Assembly: GCF_046119375.1 (NCBI RefSeq)
Contig: NW_027362763.1
Location: forward strand, 329,468,001 to 329,532,000
Direction: 5' to 3'
DNA length: 64,000 bases
DNA from: Phyllobates terribilis
Lineage: Eukaryota
In this document: positions 49,861 to 64,000 of the stretch, piece after piece
How positions within the stretch are numbered: the stretch's first letter is position 1
Layout of the letters: every line of letters starts with the position of its first letter
Translations under genes and position numbers: made by a program
The notes under the pieces: model-generated
The model's database searches: none
Told to the model about the DNA's origin: nothing
The model's input: only the letters and a program-made list of their open reading frames with translations

Positions 49861-50372
49861 AGCTCCGGGCTGGGTCGGACTGGGGTGCCTAGGGCCACCA
49901 GGGGTACCGACTCTAGGGGCCCAGACTATAGCCACCATAAAGGTTTTATTACTTGTTATGTTTTTCTATAATGTACTATAATTATATGATTGGCCGCGCT
50001 GTGGAGCACCAAGCGGCGGGACTTTGTTTGAATAGTCATTCCATACTGCCAGAGTCCCTTTAATGGTAACTTGTCACCTTGAGAAACACTATTTATTTGC
50101 AGATATGGGGTTAATCTGCAGGGTTTAAAGCCTGGTTAGACGGCTTAATGGAAAAATGTTGGCTATAGGGAGAAAATTATGTTTTATTCTCCCTGCCGCC
50201 ACTCGCTTCCTGTCATAGGGCCGGTGCAAGGAGGAAGACACTACAGTCACCGCTAACTACAAAGTGAGCGTGCTGCAATAACGTCTGGCACCTTGATTGT
50301 GACATCTTCCATGGAGCCCAACCTCAGGCTGAGTTTCATTGAATGACTAACATGGCAGCAACACATGGCAAC

Positions 50373-51138
50373 TAGTGCTGAGCGAGCGTGGTCTGATAAA
50401 GTGCTATCCCGGCATGCTTGGGTGTTATCCGAGTATCTTGTAGTACTCTTCTACTATACTCGAGTCCCCGCGGTAACATGTTTTGCTGCGGTACAGACAC
50501 AACACATGCAGCAATTGGCTGTTTATTAGGTAATCACTGCATGTGTTGCTTCTATCTACCGCCGCAAAACATGCTACCACAGGGACTCGAGCATAGTAGC
50601 AGAGCACTACAAGATACTCGGATAACACCTGAGCATGCTGAGATAACACCTTATCAGACCACACTCACTCAGAACTACTGGCAACCCATCAGCAACCTGC
50701 ACCTGCGTCACAGGGGAGCAGGTGACTGCATGCATCGGCATCATGCTATCTAAATGCCGCTGTCAGTGATTGACAAGGGTGTTGCTCGGGTGTTATCCGA
50801 GTATCTTGTAGTACTCTGCTACTATGCTCGAGTCCCCGCGGTAGCATGTTTTGCAGCGGTACATACGCAACACATGCAGCAATTGCCTGTTATCACTGCA
50901 TGTGTTGCTTCTATCTACCGCCGCAAAACATGCTACCGCAGGGACTCGAGCATAGTAGCAGAGCACTACAAGATACTCGGATAACACCTGAGCATGCTGG
51001 GATAACACCTTATCAGACCACACTCACTCAGCACTACTGGCAACCCATCAGCAACCTGCCACTGCGTCACAGGGGAGCAGGTGACTGCATGCATAGGCAT
51101 CATGCTATCTAAATGCCGCTGTCAGTGATTGACAAGGG
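50373..51138. repeat. fold-back MITE plus flank, tandemly duplicated (~359-bp period)
   Basis: GGGTGTTATCCGAGTATCTTGTAG…GATTGACAAGGG occurs twice; each copy is internally palindromic. Confidence 0.85.
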
Positions 51139-52427
51139 CACTTAAATACTCATAACAGCAGCAATCAAGGCGAGCTCTGAACACTGCTGTTACAGGCAGA
51201 CGCCGACTATGTAACACAACCTACATGTGCCCGGTATGGAGCAGGCTCAGCTCCTGAACCCTCTCCATACAAGCACATCCCTATGGTGACAGTTAAGAAA
51301 AGGTTAACAAATTTCAAATGGAATTCCCTAACACATGTGAAAGAGTCCTAATAGATTTAGTAAAGGTGCCCCAAGAATATGAATGTTATTACATACCACA
51401 ATGCACTGTTACATACACGCATCTTACAAAAATACATATTATTCCAGATACGCAGACGCGCACAAACACACAACAGACGCGCACAAACACATCAGTACAT
51501 GAATACATCATCTGTACCACCATCAATGTCAGGTCAGCCCCATATATCTTTGTATCGCATGAACCTACAACTCCCAGTATGTAATTAACAATAGAGATAC
51601 AGGGAGTTGTTGTTACCAGTCATCATCAGACTGCGGACGATACATTTACATCCAGATAACTTACCTGAGACGTCTTCTCTGATTAGAGTGGTTCGCTCTC
51701 TTTTCGTCTTCATCTTGTCCACACCCCTTGAGGAATTTTCTCATCCACAGCTCGTCTCTGCAGACTTCCATCTTCTCCGGTCTTCTGCAGCATATCCCAA
51801 CACGATGCCTTTAAAGATAGCTGTGTCATTATAATGCTCCTGAGTAAAAATATCTGCCCTACACTGAGCCCCTGAATAAACTTAAATCTTACCATGCTCC
51901 CTGCACAAAATATGACCCCCACACTACCCCTCTTATGGTACATGCTCTCCACACTGCCCCCTCCTTACCATACTGGGCCCCCTCTTCACACTTTCCTCTC
52001 ACATGGTGTCCCCCCTATACTGCCCAGTCTCTATACTGTGCACCTTCATCACACTCCCCCTCCTCAGCATATTGTTCCCTCCTTGCTGTGCCATCACAAT
52101 GTCCCCCCCATACTGCCGCATCTCTCTACCTTCCCCCACACTATCTAGTCTCTGTTCTGTGACCTCTCAAACTTATTTCCCTCCATACTGTCTCCTCACA
52201 CCATTCCCCCATTCTCCATACTGTCTCCTCATACATCACCCCTTCCCTAGTTCACCATACTGTTTCTTCACACATCTCCCCATACTGTCTCCTAAAATTT
52301 CTCTCCCATCTCTCCCCAAATATAATAAATCTTTGGAAGCGCACACAGACATGCACAAAGACACACACAAAGATGCAGAAGCGCGCTTACACACACGAAA
52401 ACAAGCGCACACACAGACACACACTAA

Positions 52428-53302
52428 GGCTTCTTTCACATGTCAGTGTTTCCGGTACGTGTGGTGACAGTTTCCACACATATCGGAGACACTTACACAC
52501 GTAGACACATTCAAATTAATGGGTCTGTGCACACCTCAGTGTGTTTTCACTTTCCACAAACCATGTGTCCGTTGGCAAAACATGTTGACATGTCTGTTTT
52601 TTACCCGCCTCACGGGCCTCAAAACGTCCCACACTGATGACACACGGATGACAGTTAGCGGTGTTCCCAAAAGCCGGTGCTGAACGCTGCCCTCATCATT
52701 GTTCCCTGTCGGCGCTGCAATCAGCACCAGCAGGGACAGTGATGAGGGTAGTAGTCTCTTGCAGTGTCCAACTGTAAAAATATGAATAAAATGAAAAAAT
52801 CCTTATACTCACCTCTCCTAAGTGTCCCCTGCTGTATTCCATGCAACCACTCACGCCGAGCAGAATGGCTCCTGCAGCGAGCGGGCCCCAGAGCTGTGCA
52901 CAGTGAATGACAGGACACCGCTTCTTGAGCGCAGCTCCGGGGCCCGCTCGCTGTATTCTCCTCGGCGTGAGCAGTCGCATGGAATACAGCAGGGGACATT
53001 TAGGACAGGTGAGCATAAGGATTTTTTTTATTTTATTCTTATTTTTACAGTTGGACACTGCGGGAGTAGACCACTACTCTCATCATTTTCCCTGCTGATG
53101 CTGATTGCAGCGCCGGCAGGGAACCATGATAAGGGCAGCATTCAGCACCCGGTGCTTGGGAACAGCGCTAACTGTTCCGCTGATTTCCAGGCACCAGTAC
53201 ATGTGCTCCTTGTGTGGCACACGTGTGCCACACAGGTGGACACGGATATCTCCGGTACTGGTTTCTCCAGTCCCATAAATATCAGGACATGTGAAAGAGC
53301 CC
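52428..53302. mobile_element. Harbinger-type MITE
   Basis: TAA-GGCTTCTTTCACATGTC … GACATGTGAAAGAGCCC-TAA. Confidence 0.82.
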
Positions 53303-53305
53303 TAA

Positions 53306-54180
53306 TATACACACACAGATACACATGCTCACAGAAATGGGGACACGTACACACGCAGGCAAGCACACACAGAAATGCACACGCAGTCATGCACAGACAC
53401 ACTCAGACAATCACACACACAAAAATGCAGACATGCAGGGAAGCACGCACACACGTGTGAAGACACATATACACACGTAGACACGCACACACAGACATGC
53501 AGGCACTCAAATACATACACAGAAACGCACACATAAACACAGACACACACAGAAATGCATATGCAGACACACACATGCAGGCATATGCACACACAAACAC
53601 ACACACATCCAGGCATATATACACACACACGCACATGCAGGCATATACACACACACACATGCAGGCATATACACACACACATGCAGGCATATGCACACAC
53701 ATGCTGGCATACACACACACATGCAGGCATATACACACACATACATGCAAGCATATTCACACACATGCAGGCATATACACACAGACATGCAGGTATATAC
53801 ACACACACATGCAGGCATATACACACACATGCAGGCATATACACGCAGGCATATACGCACACACACATGCAGGCATATACACACACATGCAGGCATATAT
53901 ATACACACATGCAGGCATATATACACACACACATGCAGGCATATACACACATGCAGGCATATACGCACACAGTCATATATACACACACATGCAGGCATAT
54001 ATACACACACACATGCAGGCATATTCACACACACATGCAGGCATATACACACACGCATGCAGGCATATACACACACGCAGGCATATACACACACACACAT
54101 GCAGTCATATACACACACATGCAGGCATATATACACGCACACACAGGCATATATACACTCAGACACACATGCAGGCATAT
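53306..54180. repeat. CA-rich minisatellite (CACACATGCAGGCATATA)
   Basis: ~20-bp units; they account for the His/Thr and Cys/Val ORFs at 53.3-54.3 kb. Confidence 0.95.
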
Positions 54181-54181
54181 A

Positions 54182-55812
<1,631 letters not shown>

Positions 55813-56439
55813 TACATAAAAACTCATACAAACACACACAAATATTACACTACCTTGGCTTGTCTCCAGTCCTGCTCATATAGTTTACAGAAGCGCTCTT
55901 AAGGCGGGAGACTGCAGTGCAGGGCGCGCTGTGACGTCACTTTTAGCAGACATGGCGGCCCTGTCTGCTAAGTGTGATGCTGCAGTGCAGCCCCTGCTCT
56001 CCTGCTCCCAGGCCCCACCCCCTACTGTCCTGGGCATCGCGGTGGTGAAAGTGAGCGTGCGCGCCCTTAAAGGGCCCGTGACCACTTTTTTTTCCCCTTC
56101 TTTTTTTTTTTTAAATTCTCCGCTGACTCCGACACTGTCTTCTCTGCAGGGGGCCCGGGGCCCACCGGGAATTCTCCCGGCACCCTGCCAGTCCTGTCCG
56201 AGCCTGGCTCCGGACCCCCCACCCAAGCTCACAAATTCAACTGTATTGACTGGTTGCCGATACAGTTGAAAGCAATGTTGAGTGAGGGAGCGTGACGCTC
56301 CCATCTATCCCCCTCTGCATCTGATGTCACTGATGCAGACACTGACAGCGGGCGCAATGACGTCACTACATGGAGCCCACTGTGCTGAGATATGCAGGCG
56401 CTCACTACAGAGACCGGAGCAGCGGGAGAACAAGGAGGA

Positions 56440-57720
56440 GTGCATTCTCCTGCATGGAGTCCGATGGGGAGTTCACACTACTGTATGCAGTCCAATGGGG
56501 AGTGTATTCTTCTATATGGAGTCCGATGGGGAGTGCATTCTACTATATGGAGTCCGATAAAGAGTGCATTTTACTTTATGGAGTCCGATGGGGAGTGCAT
56601 TTTACTGTATGGAGTCCAATGGGGAGTGCATTTTACTGTATGGAGTCCGATGGTGAGTGCATTCTACTATATGGAGTCCGATGGGGAGTGCATTCTACTA
56701 TATGGAGTCCGATGGGGAGTGCATTTTACTGTATGGAGTCCGATTGGGAGTTCATTTTACTGTATGGAGTCCGATGGGTAGTGCATTCTACTGTATGGAG
56801 TCCGATGGGGAGTGCATTCTACTGTATGGAGTCCGATGGGGAGCACATTCTACGGTATGGAGTCCGATGGGGAGTTCATTCTACTGTATGAAGACCGATG
56901 GGGAGTGCATTCTACTGTATGGAGGCTGATGGGGAGTGCATTCTACTGTATGGAGGATGATGGGGAGTGCATTCTACTGTATAGAGGCCGATGGGGAGTG
57001 CATTCTGTATGGAGGCTGATGGGGAGTGCATTCTACTGTATGGAGTCCGATGGGGAGTGCATTCTACTGTATGGAGTCCGATGGGGAGCACATTCTACGG
57101 TATGGAGTCCGATGGGGAGTTCATTCTACTGTATGAAGACCGATGGGGAGTGCATTCTACTGTATGGAGGCTGATGGGGAGTGCATTCTACTGTATGGAG
57201 TCCGATAGGGAGTGCATTTTACTTTATGGAGTCCGATGGGGAGTGCATTTTACTGTATGGAGTCCGATTGGGAGTTCATTTTACTGTATGGAGTCCGATG
57301 GGTAGTGCATTCTACTGTATGGAGTCCGATGGGGAGTGCATTCTACTGTATGGAGTCCGATGGGGAGCACATTCTACGGTATGGAGTCCGATGGGGAGTT
57401 CATTCTACTGTATGAAGACCGATGGGGAGTGCATTCTACTGTATGGAGGCTGATGGGGAGTGCATTCTACTGTATGGAGGATGATGGGGAGTGCATTCTA
57501 CTGTATAGAGGCCGATGGGGAGTGCATTCTGTATGGAGGCTGATGGGGAGTGCATTCTACTGTATGGAGTCTGATGGGGAGTGCATTTTACTTTATGCAG
57601 TCCGATGGGGAGTGCATTCTACTGTATGGAGGCCGATTGGTTTTTGCATTATACTGCATGGAGGCCGATGGGGAGGGCATTATTCTGCATGGAGGCCGAT
57701 GCGGAGGGATTATACTATAT
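56440..57720. repeat. 31-bp minisatellite
   Basis: GAGTCCGATGGGGAGTGCATTCTACTGTATG units with variant blocks that recur about 524 bp apart. Confidence 0.95.
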
Positions 57721-59121
57721 GGAGTATTTTATATTTTTAGTAACAGCGCGGTCATCTGCTGAGGTTCTCCTTCATGTACTATTAGGGTTCGCCACCGTAG
57801 TTTTAGTCAGGGTTACCTGGTTAGTGGCGCACTCAGAAGTTTCACCATCCCAAACCAAAACCCTAGCTCCGCTACCGGTGACACCACTCTGTCCACTTCT
57901 ATGAGAGTAGTGGTGTAATGTGTGACCCATGCTCCATCCACCATATTACTACTCCCATAGAAGTGGACTGAGTGGGGTCACACATTATACCAATGCTCCC
58001 TTAGAAATGTGTAGCCTTGCTCTGTTCACTTCTAAGGGAGCAGGGGTGTAATAGAATAAACATCCCGTAGATATAGAATTTCACAATAATACATACTACA
58101 TATAATAAAAATGCACCCTTTAGTGCCTTTTATGTGGCACTAAAGGTTGTTTAAATTAAAAAAACAGATGTGGGGACCCCCCAATTTTTCTTAACCAGTC
58201 AAGGTAAAGCAGACAGCTATGAGCTGATATTATCAGGCTGCAAAGGTCCCTGGTTATTGGGCTTTTCCCAGGCTAAAAATACCAGCCCACAGCGGCCCTA
58301 GAATTGGCTCATCACATTAAATCGCACTTTGCCTGCCCCTTCCCAATTGCCCTGGTGCGGTGGCAATCGGTGTAATGATAGTTGGGGTTGATGTCAGCTG
58401 TGAATTGTCAAAAATCACATCTGGCGTCAAGCCCTGTGGTTAGTAATAGAGAGGGGTCTATCAGACACCCCCACTACTAACCCACTAATGAAAAAAAAAC
58501 CTGAAAAATAAATGTTATTTGAATAAAGACTCCCCAACACTTTCCCTGGTTCATCAATTTATTTCTGAAAAAAAAAACCAAGGAGGTCCACCGTAGTCTA
58601 TGACGTTCCCATGACTATCGCCAAATCCGACATCCAAAGGCTAGTTTTCAATTTAATAAAACGTTAAAGGCCTGATTCATTATTGTATTTGTGCCTGTTT
58701 TTTGTTGAGTTTTCAATATTTTGCGCCTTTTTTTGTTTGAGACTTATTAATCTTTTTTGTTTGTGCCGTATTTGGCCTTTTTAAATCTATCTTTATGTGT
58801 TGACCTGATTTGTTTTATTTCTTCCATTTTGTGCGTGGTTTAGGGTTCTCAGATGTTTTTGCCTGATTCATCATTTGCGACTTTTTGAAAAGTCGTAAAA
58901 TTTGTCACAAATTTACTTCAGTCCCAACTGGAGTAATTTTGTATGTGTCAGATATTTTGGTCACAATTATTGCACCATTTTTGCACATGTGTAATTTATT
59001 TTTGCGCTATAAAACCACACAAAAGACAAAAATAAAGACCATTTTTTACTTTGCACTATATTTATGAACCACATATGCTATTTTGAAGAATTTGGTGCAA
59101 AAACAACAATATCACATGACA

Positions 59122-59367
59122 ATAGTTACATAGTTACATAGTTACATAGTTTATAAGGCCGAAAAAAGACAAGCGTCCATCCAGTTCAGCCTATTTCTTG
59201 TGCACTGCAGCTATTCCGCTATTCCTATACCATGCGGTATAGGCCAATTTACATCATTGAGGAAAAATTCACTTCCCGACACCAATCTGGCAGTCAGATT
59301 AAATCCCTGGATTAATTAACTAAGCATAAGATGTAATTTTATTGTTCTCAAGAAAGGCGTCCAGGCA
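59122..59367 (-). mobile_element. CR1 LINE 3' fragment
   Basis: (ATAGTTAC)n terminal octamer repeats followed by AAAAAAGACAAGCGTCCATCCAGTTCAGCC. Confidence 0.75.
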
Positions 59368-59679
59368 AAGTGACTTAAAAAAAACAATAATAATGAATCA
59401 GTGCATAAAATCTGTAAGTGCAATGTAATATTTAATGGACTGTTGGTTACTACCTGATTGCCATGCTTTACTATGGTGAAGTCACTTCATAAAGAGAACC
59501 TGATACATGCTGCCCCATCCATGAGCAGCATGTGCCAGGTTTTAGAGGAGGAAAATAAAAAAAAAATAATTGAAGCAAAAAATGTGGTCATGATGCACTG
59601 TTATGGGGGAGGGGGTCTGTTGCTAACACTGTTACAGGGGTAATGTCCACCAATTCAGTACTATAATCCCCTTACGTTG

Positions 59680-61220
59680 CCCCCCCAACCATCCTGGTAT
59701 GCATGTAACCCCAGTCCCCCATCCTGGTATGCATGGCGCCCCTCATCCTGGTATGCATGGCACCCCTCATCCCTCTTCCTGGTATGCATAGCCCCCCTCA
59801 TCCTGGTATGCATGGCACCCTTCATCCTGGTATGCATGGCACCCCTAATCTCTCTTCCTGATATGCATGGCCCCCTCATCCCTCTTCCTGGTATGCATGG
59901 CCCCCCTTATCCTGGTATTCTTGGCACCACTCATGCCCATCACACTACACACAAAAAAATAAAGTATACTACTCACCTTCCTTCTCCCTGGTATGCATGG
60001 ACCCCCTCATCCCTCTTCCTGGTATGCATGGCCCCCTCATCCCTTTTCCTGGTATGCATGACCCCCTCATCCCTCTTCCTGGTATGCATGGCCCCCTCAT
60101 CCTGGTATGCATGGCACCCCTCATCCTGGTATGCATGGCACCCCTAATCTCTCTTCCTGATATGCATGGCACCCCTCATCCCTCTTCCTGGTATGTATGG
60201 CCCCCTCATCCCTCTTCCTGGTATGCATGGCCCCCTCATCCCTCTTCCTGGTATGCATGGCCCCCCTTATCCTGGTATTCTTGGCACCACTCATGCCCAT
60301 CACACTACACACAAAAAAATAAAGTATACTACTCACCTTCCTTCTCTCTGGTATGCATGGACCCCCTCATCCCTCTTCCTGGTATGCATGGCCCCCTCAT
60401 CCCTTTTCCTGGTATGCATGACCCCCTCATCCCTCTTCCTGGTATGCATGGCCCCCTCATCCTGGTATGCATGGCCCCCCTCATCTTGGTATGCATGGCA
60501 CCCCTCATCCTGGTATGCATGGCACCCCTCTTCCTGGTATGCATGGCACCCCTCTTCCTGGTATGCATGGCACCCCTCATCCCTCTTCCTGGTATGCATG
60601 GCCCCCTCATCCCTCTTCCTGGTTTGCAAGGCCCCCCTTATCCTGGTATGCTTTGCACCACTCATGCCCATCACACTACACACAAAAAAATAAACTATAC
60701 TACTCACCTTCCTTCTCCCTGGTATGCATGGATCCCCTCATCCCTCTTCCTGGTATGCATGGCCCCCTCACCCCTTTTTCTGGTATGCATGACCCCCTCA
60801 TCCCTCTTCCTGGTATGCATGGCCCCCTCATCCTGGTATGCATGGCCCCCCTCATCTTGGTATGCATGGCACCTTTCATCCTGGTATGCATGGCACCCCC
60901 CATCCTGGTATGCATGGCACTCCTCTTCCTGGTATGCATGGCACCCCTCTTCCTGGTATGCATGGCACCCCTCATCCTACTTCCTGGTATGCATGGCCCC
61001 CCTCATCCTGGTATGCATAACACCCTTCATCCTGGTATGCATGGCACCCCTCTTCCTGGTATGCATGGCACCCCTCATCCCTCTTCCTTGTATGCATGGC
61101 ACCCCTCATCCTGGTATGCATGGCACCCCTCATCCCTCTTCCTGGTATGCATGGCCTCCCTTATCCTGGTATGCTTGGCACTACTCCTGCCCATCACACT
61201 ACACACAAAAAAATAAACTA
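59680..61220. repeat. compound minisatellite with higher-order units
   Basis: CCTGGTATGCATGGCACCCCTCAT subunits interrupted four times by a ~70-bp spacer (…CCCATCACACTACACACAAAAAAATAAA…TACTCACCTTCCTTCT). Confidence 0.92.
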
Positions 61221-61875
61221 TACTACTCACCTTCCTTCTCTTTGCTCCAGCCCTGCTTCCCGTTCTGCTGCCAGCACTCATCTGACAGAGTGAGCCGCGC
61301 ATGACGACACTGCCGTGTGCCCTCACACGGTGAGATGAGCTGCCGGAATAGTCACTGCTCCCCACGCCGGGACTATGGACATGGGGAGTAGTGACTATTC
61401 ACTCACCTTAATAGCGCGCGCAGTATCAGCCCAGCCGCAGATCCTGTTGCTGCTGGGCGATCGCGTGTGGCCGCTATTAAAGAGCATGAATATTCACCCC
61501 TTTCCACTCCCATAGGCGTGGAGAGGGGTGAATAGTCATGCTCTTTAATAGCATGCACACGTGGCTGCCGAGCAGCTGCAGGAGCCGCGTCTGGGCTGAC
61601 ACTTCATGCGCTATTAAGGTGAGTGAATATTCAGTGCTCCACACGAGCATGGGCGTGGGGAGCAGTAAATATTCATTTTCTTTAGCAGCAGGGACAGTGT
61701 AGGCTGCTGCCTCCTGTGCACTGCTCTTTCGCAGCTACCGCTCCCCCCCACGCAACCACCACCACAGCAACAGAACACTATAGTACTCTTGTAGATTCAG
61801 ACTATAAGACACACCCCCCACTTTCCTCCAAAATTTGGGAGGAAAAAAGTGCGTCTTATAGTCCGAAAAATACGG
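61221..61875. mobile_element. right end of a non-autonomous TcMar (Tc2/pogo-like) element
   Basis: Ends GTGCGTCTTATAGTCCGAAAAATACGG followed by TA; internal ACTATAAGAC repeat; left end not found. Confidence 0.55.
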
Positions 61876-62617
61876 TACTTTAAAAGACCGCACTGTACAA
61901 TAGACTAGTCAGACAGACGGGTCCCCAATGGCTTCTCTCCTCCTGCTGCCCTGGAGTGACAGATTTCTACCTACATGTGCATTTATGCAGAGACCTGTCA
62001 CTCCAGGGAAGCGGGCAGGAAGAAGCCGCCGAGGACCTGTCTGTCTGACTAGCTTATAGTTTGGTCTCGGTTGCTTTTAAAGTATGCTTTTCTCCTAAAC
62101 GTTGCCGTGTTTCAGAGTCAAACCAGGGGCGGACATATCGCTGGTGCAGCCGGGGCAACTGCATCGGGGCCCGGAGGTAGAGGGGGGCCCTTGCAGGCAG
62201 GCATCAACCCACACTGCCGCTATGCAGACACTCAGTCAGGATTACGGGCGGGAGTGAAAGGGGCCTTGTGTCAAGCAGCATGGGGCCCCTCTCACTCCCG
62301 CCCGTAATCATTCTGATATCTATTACTGGGGAGAGAGCGGTACGCAGTGTGCAGGACTCAGGATTTCAAAAAGGGGGTATGTCATGCAGGGAGAGAGATG
62401 CTGGCCAATGAACACTTTCCCCACCAGACTGGTGAGAGTGCTCACTGGCTTCAGCCTCTAACCTCCTGCACAGCATGTCCCTATGGTGAGTACTCACCTG
62501 TAGTCAGGGGCTTGGCCGCCCACTGGGGACAATAGTGGAGGAAGAGCAGGAGTGACTGTGCATTCTCTGCTCCCTCCACTGTTCCTTCCAGCAGCATCTC
62601 ACACAGAGAAGCATCTC

Positions 62618-62762
62618 ACATTTCTGTTTTTTTTCAGTCAAGATGGGGTGCAGAGTGTACTTTAATGAGAAAAAAAATGAACTTATCAGAATTTACCAAA
62701 TTGCTGCAATGAAACAAAGAGTGACAAATTTAAAGGGGTCTGAATACTTTCCTTACCCACTG
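62618..62762. mobile_element. solo TIR fragment of the Tc1 copy 1 family
   Basis: Near-identical to 4290-4433 and ends …CCCACTG followed by TA. Confidence 0.9.
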
Positions 62763-63618
62763 TATATACACACACAGTGTATATCTCTCCATCTCAGTGA
62801 AAAAATATAAATAATTTTAAGAGATGTGGGGAGGCCCAAATAGAACTTTTGCTATGGGGCCTCTGCTTTCTATGTACACCCCTGCTTGCAGGGCGGTAAT
62901 GAGGGCAACCTGGTCTATTGCACGTAGCTAGTCGAAGGTTCCGGGGGTCCCATTGCCAGATTGCCCTAATCATAAGCAGCGTGCCGGGAAGATAGGGGGG
63001 CCCAGACACATTTATTGCACAGGGGCCCCAAGCTGTCAGTGTCTGCCCCTGAGTCAAACATATCTGGCTGTGCTAATACAGCCAGTACCTGATACATGCT
63101 GCCCATTGATTGGGCAGCATGTATCAGGTTCACTTTAAAGGGAATCTCTCAGCAGCTTTTTGCTATATAAACTGAGGACAGCATGAAGTAGGGGTTAAAA
63201 CACAAATTTCAATGATGTGTTACATATCATGTTGTGTGCTGTTGTTTACTTACAATGAAAGTTTTATCACCTGGTGATTATCATTGTCTGGACTACAGCA
63301 GCTACAACAGCGCCTGCAAGCTAGTACGACCACGCCCCGTCCTGTGATAAGCAGCCCACTGTCTATAGACAGTGTACATACAGAGTCTGGAGTGGGTGGG
63401 GTTAGCTTTCTCATCTCTGCTGCGTGCCAAATCTACAAATTTTGATTATGTCAGAACGGCTGCACCCAGGGTCTCTTTGCCTACATCATACTGCTCTCAG
63501 ATTTGGGAGCAAAAACCTGCTGACAGATTCACTTTAATGCTGTATTTGTGTTAAAAACTTGAAAGGGGTTGGAGACAGTCCTAGGAGACTTCTGTCTGTG
63601 TTACATTCATCTTTCCAG

Positions 63619-63852
63619 AGCAATTGGAAGCTTTGCAATATTGTTATTCGCAGGGAAATTGTTTGGAAAAACTTGTTAAACCTGGCGCATTTGAATTTCC
63701 AAAGATTCAATCNNNNNNNNNNNNNNNNNNNNNNNNNNNNNNNNNNNNNNNNNNNNNNNNNNNNNNNNNNNNNNNNNNNNNNNNNNNNNNNNNNNNNNNN
63801 NNNNNNNNNNNNNNNNNNNNNNNNNNNNNNNNNNNNNNNNNNNNNNNNNNNN
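63619..63852 (+). CDS. candidate host coding exon spanning the N-gap (product unknown)
   Basis: Acceptor TTACATTCATCTTTCCAG, open frame QLEALQYCYSQGNCLEKLVKPGAFEFPKIQ, and (N)TAAGT right after the gap fits a GTAAGT donor. Confidence 0.45.
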
Positions 63853-63853
63853 N
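63713..63853. other. run of 141 N (gap or masked segment)
   Basis: Directly visible. Confidence 0.99.
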
Positions 63854-64000
63854 TAAGTTCTTTTTAAACGTTGTACTGTAGTATTAAGTGGGACAGCAAT
63901 GTCTACTTTTTTTTTGTTCGATTTCAGTTATATTTAGAAACCAGGTCACATTATAAGAGCTTCTAGTAACAAACAGACTGTGTCGAAAACGGCTCCAAAC

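Noticed and set aside
56370-57740. CRISPR-like array or repetitive ORFs
   Set aside because: Head-to-tail 31-bp units with no unique spacers, eukaryotic context and no cas genes.
59997-61304. 435-aa ORF
   Set aside because: Translation of the compound minisatellite; no domain motifs.

Overview
Repeat-dense eukaryotic genomic DNA; the mix of Tc1, T2/Kolobok-type, Harbinger-type and piggyBac-type MITEs, CR1/L2 tails, a Helitron and a Penelope-like element suggests a frog genome (inference from family recognition, no database search). I recognise no host gene with confidence; the best candidate is a plus-strand exon spanning the N-gap at 63.6-63.85 kb. The main element is a full-length Ngaro-type tyrosine-recombinase retrotransposon on the minus strand (38837-45643). 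It has split direct repeats (A1-ORFs-B1-A2-B2) and encodes gag, RT/RNase H, a tyrosine recombinase (YR) and an SGNH hydrolase. Its sequence suggests that one phase-1 splice donor in ORF1 joins in frame to two acceptors, one ahead of the YR and one ahead of the SGNH domain, whose catalytic Ser lies upstream of the first ATG. Other notable elements are a Penelope-like insertion (GIY-YIG ORF end, minimal hammerhead ribozyme, inverted terminal arm, 14-bp TSD), a very young non-autonomous LTR retrotransposon with a perfect tRNA-Ser PBS, a solo LTR, three full-length Tc1 copies and several minisatellites. All coordinates were read by eye and may be off by a few bases where marked approximate.
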